From Anaeramoeba ignava BMAN (taxonomy: Eukaryota > Protista > Anaeramoebae): a stretch of DNA of 64,000 nt. The notes beneath the pieces are model-generated. The model was not told the origin of the DNA. It saw only the letters and a program-made list of their open reading frames with translations, and searched no databases. The stretch's first letter is position 1. Each line of letters begins with the position of its first letter. The stretch covers positions 496,001 through 560,000 of the forward strand of contig JAPDFW010000057.1 in the NCBI GenBank assembly GCA_028826165.1. The letters run 5' to 3'. The position numbers and the translations under genes are program-made. Below are positions 47,716 through 57,202 of this stretch, one piece after another.

Positions 47716-50598
47716 TTAATTTTCTTTCTTTTCTTTCAGAAATGTTTTTAAACATTCAAAATCCTTCTTTAATTTTTGATATTCATGTAATAAATCTTCA
47801 AGTTCTCTTGGTGTTAAATTTCTTGTATTTTCTAAGTTTTGAAATTTGAAATTATCATTTTGAGAAAGAATTTCAGAAACTCTAAGTGATAAATTTTCCT
47901 TTTGATTTCTAGAAATTAAATCTCCATTTGAATAAATAATTTCTCCAGTTTTTAGAGGTTGTTGAATTAATGATTTTGAACTTTTTTTTGAAATTAAATT
48001 TTTTATTGAATTTGGATTTAAATTTGGATTTGAAATTAAATTTTTTATTGGATTTGAATTTGAATTTTTTATTGGATTTAAATTTGAAATTGAAATTGGA
48101 TTTGAAACTGAAATGGATTTTTTTGGATTTAATTTTTTTGGTTTTTTTGATTTTTTTGATTTTGATTTTTTTGAATTTTGTTTTGATTTTTTTGAATTTG
48201 ATTTTTTTGTATTTGAATTTGTATTTAAATTTGTATTTGAATTTGAATTTGTATTTAAATTTGAATTTGGAATTTGATTGGTTGGTTTCAAATAATCAAG
48301 AATTATAAATGAATTTATTGAATCCATTTTTTCTTCATATTCATACTCTTGAATTTCTGAATAATTTCTTAAATATTCATTTGGAGTTGAAATACTTTTT
48401 GAAAGTTGATTTAAATTTAAACTACTTCTTTGATTTATATTTGAATTGCTTCTAAAATTTTTATGTGGACTAATTATTGTATTTGAACGATTTCTTGTTT
48501 TCACATCTGAATTTCGATTTAAATTATTTTCTGAATTTTCATTTAAATTATTTTCTGAATTTTCATTTAAATTATTCTCTAAATTTTCATTTAAATTATT
48601 CTCTAAATTTTCATTTAAATTATTCTCTAAATTTTCATTTAATTCACTTTCAAAATCTTTTCTTGAATCTTTTTCAATCTTTCTTTTAAAATTCTCGTTT
48701 TCAATCATTTGAAAACCTGATTGCTTTTCCAAATCAATTCTTTGACGGTCAGAATATGATTTGTTCTTTATTTTAGTAGGATTTACAGGATAATGAACCA
48801 AATTTATTTGACGCTTTTGATTTGTTTTTCTTTCGAAACTGTTGATATTCTCAAGTGATTTGCCATGAGAATTTGAAGAGTTATCTTGTGATTCATCAGC
48901 ATTTTCATCCTCTTCATTTGAAGAATCATCAAGAATAATAATCTCACTTTTGAATTTAAAAGGAACTTCTGTTTGAGATTTTTTGAGACGTTTTAAATAG
49001 TATTTTTCCTTTGATTCAGGCTTTCGCATGTAATTCTCAAAAATGACTGGATGAACTCGAAGATCTTTTCCTGAAATTTTTTCAAGAAAACCAACAGCAG
49101 ATAATAAATTTGTGTAGAAAAAGCCTGATTTAGTCATCGAAATATCAACACTTTTGCGAAAATAATCGATATATTGAATATTTGAATAAATAAATGGAGG
49201 ATTGACTTGCAAAAGGATATATGAAAAGAAAGAAAGTAAGTTATCGGCTCCACTTTCCATGTTTACTTTCTCGATGATTTGCAGAAGTAGTTGGCACGAT
49301 TGAGCAAGGCATTCCAACTTTTTTTTCGGTGTTTTTTCCATGTTAATTGTGATCAATTTCTGCTTTGATTCCAAAATCATTGCTTCATAATCAAGAACTT
49401 CCACAGGAAGTTGAAAGAAATCAATTGTTAATTGCGGGATTTTGCTGAGTTTTCTCAACCGCACTTTGATTTTTTCGTCCATGATTTTGTTGTTGATTTT
49501 CAAAACTCCAAATAAAAAATCATGCAAATACTCCATAATATAATCTTCAAACAATCCTCGAATATTTGAAATTTTCTCCTTGATTTTTGTCATCAATCCA
49601 CCAAGAAGATCTGGATCTAATAAAACACATCTCCTTTTCAAGGATATTTGCTGAAAAGCATTTAGCGCCCGAAACTCTTTTTGGCTGAATTCGGGTCTAA
49701 ATTTCATCAAACTTGAATGCGAAAAGCATTTTTTGGATAAAGTTGCCACGAAATTCTCAATATATGAGCTTATTTCCTTAATGTCGAAATCACCCATTTT
49801 TTCGACATACTTGATGAAGTATCTGATTTGCAAAGAAATCATTTTATCATCTGGATTGCTTTGGATAAATTTGTCGAGTGATTTGGTGTCTGTGATGAAA
49901 TTCTCTTGCGGTTGTTTTTCATCAATATCATCGATATCCTCGAAAACCCCATCTGAAACATCCAAAAATTCATCGGCAATATTCGCCGATATTTCTTCCT
50001 TGTTAATATTTTCTGATTCTTTTTGCTCTTTTTTTTCCTCAATCTTTAAATCATTTTCCAATCTTGATTTCTTTGTTCTTTTCAGCATTGCTGATGACTT
50101 TATTTGATAACTTTCAGAAATATCAAAAGGTTTATTTATGAAGAATATTGATGTTGTTTTGCAATTCTTCGCAAATTTCATTTTGGATTGACCAATAACT
50201 TCAGGAAGTGATTCAAATTCAACATCCAAATTATTTTCTTGGAATTCCCTCTTAAATATTTCTGATATTTTGTTGTTTTTAATCAATTCTATTATATCTT
50301 CTTCTATTTTTTTCCAAAATTGAACAAGAGTAATTTGTGTTTCGTCTTCCATACTTTTTAAACTTCTAAAAACACCTAAAACTCCATTCAAACAAACAAA
50401 TTGCTTTGGATTTGATTCATTGATAAATATTGTGTGTGTTTCAATCACATTTCTTGTTATTATTATGTTTTTTAATGATTCATTCACTGGCGTTAATATT
50501 GAAAGTTCAAATTCAAGAAAATTCAATAAAAAATCCCCATTTTCTGTAAATGCTCGAAGAAAAATACTTTCTTTTATTTTTCTTTTAAATGGTTTCAT
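47716..50598 (-). CDS. VPS9-domain Rab5-family GEF
   Basis: KTPKKKLECL..SGADNLLSFFSYILLQVNPPFIYSNIQYIDYF..GFFYTNLLSAVGFL, and C-terminal LTPRELEDLLHEYQKL. Confidence 0.9.
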   Translation of the reverse strand: MKPFKRKIKESIFLRAFTENGDFLLNFLEFELSILTPVNESLKNIIITRNVIETHTIFINESNPKQFVCLNGVLGVFRSLKSMEDETQITLVQFWKKIEEDIIELIKNNKISEIFKREFQENNLDVEFESLPEVIGQSKMKFAKNCKTTSIFFINKPFDISESYQIKSSAMLKRTKKSRLENDLKIEEKKEQKESENINKEEISANIADEFLDVSDGVFEDIDDIDEKQPQENFITDTKSLDKFIQSNPDDKMISLQIRYFIKYVEKMGDFDIKEISSYIENFVATLSKKCFSHSSLMKFRPEFSQKEFRALNAFQQISLKRRCVLLDPDLLGGLMTKIKEKISNIRGLFEDYIMEYLHDFLFGVLKINNKIMDEKIKVRLRKLSKIPQLTIDFFQLPVEVLDYEAMILESKQKLITINMEKTPKKKLECLAQSCQLLLQIIEKVNMESGADNLLSFFSYILLQVNPPFIYSNIQYIDYFRKSVDISMTKSGFFYTNLLSAVGFLEKISGKDLRVHPVIFENYMRKPESKEKYYLKRLKKSQTEVPFKFKSEIIILDDSSNEEDENADESQDNSSNSHGKSLENINSFERKTNQKRQINLVHYPVNPTKIKNKSYSDRQRIDLEKQSGFQMIENENFKRKIEKDSRKDFESELNENLENNLNENLENNLNENLENNLNENSENNLNENSENNLNRNSDVKTRNRSNTIISPHKNFRSNSNINQRSSLNLNQLSKSISTPNEYLRNYSEIQEYEYEEKMDSINSFIILDYLKPTNQIPNSNLNTNSNSNTNLNTNSNTKKSNSKKSKQNSKKSKSKKSKKPKKLNPKKSISVSNPISISNLNPIKNSNSNPIKNLISNPNLNPNSIKNLISKKSSKSLIQQPLKTGEIIYSNGDLISRNQKENLSLRVSEILSQNDNFKFQNLENTRNLTPRELEDLLHEYQKLKKDFECLKTFLKEKKEN

Positions 50599-50804
50599 TT
50601 TTATCTTAAAAAAAAAAATAAAAAATGAATTTAAAAAAGATTTAAAAAAATGAAAAAAATGAAAAAAATAAAAGTGAAAAAAATTTTTTTTCTTATTTGA
50701 TCAAAAGATTATTTTTTTTTTAAAATAAAAATTAAGGGAAAAAAAATGTTTTTAAATTGAAATTTATTATTTTTAAAAAAAGAAAAAAATCAAATCAAAT
50801 CAAA

Positions 50805-53393
50805 TCAAATCACACAAAAACAATTATTTTGAGTTTTAGATTCTTTTTGTGGTGAATTATCAGAATTATTTGGAAGAGAAATAACTATTTAAAAAATTAA
50901 AAAATTAAAAAATTAAAAATTAAAAAATTAAAAAATTAAAAATTAAAAAATTAAAAAATTAAAAATTAAAAAATTAAAAATTAAAAATCGGATATTTTTT
51001 TTCTTCCAGTTTTACCTTTTTCTTTTGGTTTTTCAATTTCTTGAGGATTTGATTCAATAATTTGATTTGGGAATTTTGAAACTAAAGAAGTACAAAGTTT
51101 TTCAAATAAAAGATTAACATTATGATCAACTTTTGCACTTGTTTCAAGAAAATTGCAATTATTTTGTTTTGCTTTTTTTTCTAATTCTTCAATTGAAATT
51201 AAACGATTATTTGGATCATCCGTTTTATTTCCTACAAGATAAATAATTGCTTCATCTCCTCTTTCGTTTCTAATATCTTCAATCCAATAATCAATGCTAT
51301 TAAAACTTTCTCGATCTTTTATATATTTTATATATATTTTATATATTTTATATATTATATTTTTTATATTTTTTATATTTACTTGTGATATCATAAACTA
51401 TAATTGCTGCTGAAGAATTTCTAATATAAGATGGCATTAAACTTCTAAATTTTTCTTGTCCTATTTAATTGAATTTTAATATTAATATTAATTTTAATTT
51501 AAATAAATAAATAAAATAAACCTGCTGTATCCCAAAGTTGTAATTTAATATAATTTTGATTTAATTTAAAGGATTTTGTTAAGAAATCTGCACCAACAGT
51601 TGCCTATTATTTTTGTATTTAATTTTGTATTTAATTTTGTATTTAATTTTGTATTTAATTTTGTATTTAATTTTGAATTTAATTTTGAATTTAATTTTGA
51701 ATTTAATTTTGTATTTAATTTTGTATTTAATTTTGTATTTAATTTTGTATTTAATTTTGTATTTAATTTTGTATTTAATTTTGTATTTAATTTTGTATTT
51801 AATTTTGAATTTAATTTTGTATTTAATATTGTATTTAATTTTGTATTTAATTTTGTATTTAATTTTGAATTTAATTTTGTATTTAATTTTGAATTTAATT
51901 TTGTATTTAATTTTTGTATTTTAATTTTAAATTTAATTTTGTATTGTATTTAATTTTGTATTTAATTTTGTATTTAATTTTGTATTTAATTTTGAATTTA
52001 ATTTTAAATTTAATTTTAAATTTAATAATTTAATTTTGTATTTAATATTGAATTTAATATTTAATGAATTTAATTTTGTATTTAATTTTGTATTTAATAT
52101 TGAATTTAATTTTGTATTTAATTTTGTATTTAATATTGTATTTAATTTGAATTTAATATTGAATTTAATATTGAATTTATTTAATATTGTATTTAATATT
52201 GTATTTAATATTGAATTTAATATTGAATTTAATTTTGAATTTAATTTTGTATTTAATTTTTGTATTTAATATTGTATTTAATATTGAATTTAATTTTTGA
52301 ATTTAATTTGTATTTAATTTTGTATTTAATTTTGTATTTAATTTTGAATTTAATATTGAATTTAATTTTAAATTTAATTTTTGTATTTAATAATTGAATT
52401 TAATTTTGTATTTAATATTGTATTTATTGAATTTAATATTTAATTTTGTATTTAATTTTGAATTTAATTTTGAATTTAATTTTGAATTTAATTTTGAATT
52501 TAATTTTGAATTTAATTTTGTATTTAATATTGAATTTAATTTTGTATTTAATATTGAATTTAATTTTGAATTTAATTTTGAATTTAATTTGAATTTAATT
52601 TTGTATTTAATTTTGTATTTAATTTTGAATTTAATTTTGTATTTAATTTTGAATTTAATTTTGTATTTAATTTTGTATTTTAATTTTGTATTTAATATTG
52701 AATTTAATTTTTGAATTTAATTTTGTATTTAATTTATATTTAATTTTGTATTTAATTTTGTATTTAATTTTGTATTTAATTTTGTATTTAATTTTGTATT
52801 TAATTTTGAATTTAATTTTGAATTTAATTTTGAATTTAATTTTGTATTTAATTTTAAATTTAATTTGAATTTAATATTAATTATTTAATTTTTTTGTATT
52901 TAATTTTTGTATTTAATTTTGTATTTAATTTTGAATTTAATTTTGAATTTAATTTTTTGAATTTAATTTTGAATTTAATTTTTAAATTTAATTTAATTTA
53001 TATTTATTTTTTGTATTTAATTTTGTATTTAATTTTTATTTAATTTTGTATTTAATTTTGTATTTAATTTTGTATTTAATTTAATATGTATTTAATTTTG
53101 TATTTAATTTTAAATTTAATTTTGAATTTAATTTTGTATTTAATTTTGAATTTAATTTTGTATTTAATTTTGTATTTAATATTGTATTTAATTTTGTATT
53201 TAATTTTGTATTTAATTTTGTATTTAATTTTGTATTTAATTTTGTATTTAATTTTAAATTTAATTTTAAATTTAATTTTTAATTTTACTTGATAGTTTGA
53301 ATCAAATTTATTATACATTAAACGTGTAATTATTGAAGTCTTTCCAACAGCTGTATCACCAAGAAAACAAACTTTATATTTATAACGAGACAT
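50805..53393 (-). CDS. RAB6: Rab6-family small GTPase, 5 exons
   Basis: Spliced translation: [30 protein letters not shown]|[15 protein letters not shown]|[20 protein letters not shown]|..LVGNKTD..ETSAK..|..NNCFCVI*. Confidence 0.88.
51610..53285. repeat. 1.7-kb 12-mer tandem repeat TTTAATTTTG(T/A)A filling Rab6 intron 1
   Basis: Read directly from the sequence; lies between the donor at 53288 and the acceptor at 51604. Confidence 0.93.
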
Positions 53394-53451
53394 TATTAAA
53401 AATATAAAAATGAAGAAAATGAAAAAAATGAAAAATAAAAATGAAATTTTT

Positions 53452-56400
53452 TTATTTTAATTTTTCTAAATATTTTTGGAATTGAATTGAAATTTCATTT
53501 GAAATATTTTTTAAATTCTGTTCTTTTTTTTGATCAATTTTTCGAATTAATTTTTTAAAATGTTGAATAAAAAATTGAGATTTTCCAGATTTCCATAAAA
53601 AAACATTCAAACAACAATTATAAGCAATAAATAATATTTTGATTTTTCTCATTTTACAATTTTGTTTAATAATTGAAGATGTTGATATTCTTATTGTAGA
53701 TTCAAGTATTTTAATCAAATCAGAATTGAAAATTGAATTTTCTTTGTTTTCATTGAAATTAAAAAAAGGAGGATATAATGTTTTTTGATAGGATTCAAAC
53801 ATGTAATAAAATTGGATTGCAGTTCTTGTAAAAATATAAAATAAATTTTTTTCAATAGCATTTTCTGAATTGATTTCACTATCAAAAAGTATACTTGTAA
53901 TATTATTTAAAGTACTCCAAAGAATTCTTTTTCTGAATTTATCAAGAGTTTTATTTTCAAAAGAGATGTTTAATTGAGAGATGAAATCTATTTTTCAATT
54001 TTTAAATGATTTTTAATTGATTTTTGAATTTTAAAATGATTTTTTATTACCTTCAGATAGCTTTTTAGTAAAATCAAAATTATTCACATTAATTTGAAAT
54101 CCACACCATGAAAATTCTCCATCTTCTGAAACACATGAATTTATCATTTCATTATTGATTTCCAAATCAAAATTCGTTCTTGTTTTTCTGAAATTAATAA
54201 AACTAGAAAATTCACTAAATCCTTCATTCATTCTTTTTAAAAACTTGATCGCTTTTCCTTTATCAGGAGAAACAAACAAAAAATCATCAATAACATTAAC
54301 AAGAAAAGAATATTCCACTTTTTGATCCAAAAATTCTTCAAGATATTTTTTCTTCATTTCAGAATAATACAAACAACAAAGCATCGGAGAAACAACAGAT
54401 CCTTGCGGAATCCCTTTTTTTTGAACATAATACTTCTTTCCAATCTTGATTTTATGCTCTGTAATCAATTTTTTAAACAAACTCATGATTTCTTCTTTTT
54501 TCAAGTTTTTTCCTTTATGATTGTCAACATAAATTGTTCCAACTTCTGATTCAACTAAACTTCCTTCAACAAGTTTAAAAAAATTGAGATATTGATAATT
54601 AGGTGATACTTGATGATGCAAAAGCTTTAAATTGTTGTTGTTATGATATTTGAATGATTGATATTCCCGAACAAAATATTTTTTGTGTTGAATTGTTTTT
54701 TCTAAAATTTTTAATAGTAAATCTTGATTAATTGAATCGAAACTCTTTGTAATATCAACAGAAACAAAGTATAATTTTGGTCTTTGATTGATTGGTAATT
54801 GTTTGAATTTTTGGATTATTGGTTTAATAATTAATGGAAGATGATGAACTCCAAGAAGAGAAGATCCAAATAAATTTTCATTTGATTCCTAATTTAAATA
54901 ATTTAAATAATTTAAATAAATGAAAACGAAAAATTTTAATTTTAAATTTTTTACTCTCTCATAATTTAAAACACGGAAACCATTTTGTAGCATTTGATTC
55001 CAATTCTTTTTATTCCCATATTTCGATAAATTAACTATTGGTCTAAATCCATTTGAAAGTGAATCTTCCTAAAAAAAAAAAGAAAATGAATTAGAAAAAA
55101 AAAAATTTTTTTTTCTTTCTTACTTACTTTGATTTTTGGAATAAGTCTAAAAGTGGAATTTGTTTCTTTTCTGATTTCTTCCTTTAAAACAAAAAAAGAA
55201 AAGAATTTAAATTAAAAGTTGGTTTTCTTTTTTTGCTTTTTTTTTCTTTTGTCAAAAAACAAAAATTACTTCTGAAATTTCAATCTCTTTGAAATGATCT
55301 TCATTTTCCATCTTTTCAAAAAAAGTGTCTTGAATATTAATCCAAATTTCACGACGAAAGAAAATGATAGTATTTTTCTTTCCAACAGACTCAGTACAAT
55401 AAAAGAAAGAGCCAAGAAATTTTGAAAGAAGTTGGAAAATCCAAAAAATAAAAACACAACCAATTAATTTTTGAGTTTGAATCCCTGAGAATTGTTTTGC
55501 CCACAAAAAATCCTGAATTTTGAAATTAGCAAGAAAATAAGAAAGAGACAAACTTTGTTGATGCTTTTAATTGAACTAATGTGTGAATTCCACGGAGAAT
55601 TGCACCTTTATTTTTGTCATTTCCCCAAAGATTTTGGTTGAATAAACTGAGGAAAATTTTCACTATAAATTGAGAAACTTGTTCTTTTGGTGTTGATAAA
55701 TTTGAATATTCAATTAATTTTTGATCGTCAGTTATTTTTTTCAGTCGAATTTGTTTCATTTCACTTGTAAATGGTGAGTATCCATTAAGAATATCCCAAT
55801 ATTGGAGTTTTTTATGTGATTCAATTAGAGAATCCAAAATTTTTGCAATTGAAGAATGTGGATCAAATACATTTTCCAAGTTTGGAATTAATTGCTTTGT
55901 TTTCTCATATTTGGAAAATATTTGTTGAAATAGAAATTTTGCACCATCTTGTTTCATTTTACAAGCAATTGATAATTCATCTAAATATATTATTTAGAAT
56001 AGAAAAAAACCCAAAAAACAATAAACAATAAAATGTTGATTTTTCTTTTGATTTAAAAATTTTTATACGATCGTCAAATAACACTTTTGGTCGAGGAAAA
56101 ACATGCAGATAAAGAAAAGAACTTGATGAAATTATTAAATCTGAAAAATTTGCAGAAAGAGTGTTATTTTTTGGATATTTGATAAGTTTATAAACAGGAG
56201 AACCTGCAACTTGAACAAAACACCAATTTTTTTCTTTGTGAAAAATCCAACAATATCGAAGTAGGAAAAAAAACCCAGAAATCCCAATTTGAGAAAGCAA
56301 ATTCAACCAATTTTGAGTGAAAAAAATTTTGTGAACAGTATTGGGTATTTCACATTGAATTCCATCTAAAACTGGTAATTCAGAAAAATTTGAGTTTGAA

Positions 56401-56849
56401 GAATCCATCTTTTTGATTTTTTAATTCATAAAATGATTTAATTTTTAATTCATAAAATAATAAATAATTTGTTCGTGATTTACTCTTCGATATCCATAAC
56501 AAAATACATTTTCTGGTCGGAATTGAAGACAAAATTCTGAGGAATTAAAAAAATCAAATAATGTTCTTTCAATTAAATTTTGCATTAAAGGAATTAATTT
56601 TGGATTTGAAAATGTTTGCAATTCTTCAGAAATGATAAATTTTTCTGAAATATCAATATTTTCTGGATATCCAATTAATGTTGTTTTGAGAAATTCTTGA
56701 TATTCATTATTTTTTGGTTTGATTTCCTTTTTTTTTATTTTATTAAGTAATTCCTCTAAATTTGATAGATTGGGAATTAATTGTTTTAAGCTTTGAATTT
56801 TTGATTTTTTTTTCTTTAATCTTTTTTTCTTTTGTTTAATTTGAGACAT
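53452..56849 (-). CDS. TERT: Telomerase reverse transcriptase, 7 exons; one extra base near 55550-55568
   Basis: TEN domain (NVFCYGY, WLNLLSQIG, FVQVAG); T motif FFYCTE..FFRREIW; motifs 1/2 FRLIPK..FRPIVN; A FVSVDITKSFDSINQ; B' GIPQGSVVSPMLC; C VIDDFLFVS; E SWCGFQIN. Introns at 56409-56483, 55981-56068, 55182-55269, 55069-55127, 54889-54954 and 53988-54050. Confidence 0.95.
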
Positions 56850-57202
56850 TTAAATATTTTTAGAAAAAAATGGAAAATGAAAAATGAAAAATAATTTTGA
56901 TTTTGATTTTAATTTTGATTTTATTTCATAAACAGAAAACATTCTGAATAAAAAATTGATTTTTCAAATTGATTTTGATTTTGAATTTTGATTTTAATTT
57001 AAATTGGATTTTGATTTTGATTTTGAATTTGATTTTGAATTTGATTTTGATTTTGATTTTGATTTTGATTTTAATTTTAAATTTAAATTGGATTTTTAAT
57101 TTAAATTTAAATTTTAATTGGATTTTAAATTTAAATTTAAATTCGATTTTAAATTTAAATTTGATTTTTAATTTAAATTGGATTTTAATTTTAAATTTAA
57201 AT

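Noticed and set aside
54031-54890. Reverse transcriptase as a retroelement
   Set aside because: It has the telomerase-specific TEN and T motifs and introns, with no endonuclease, integrase or LTRs.
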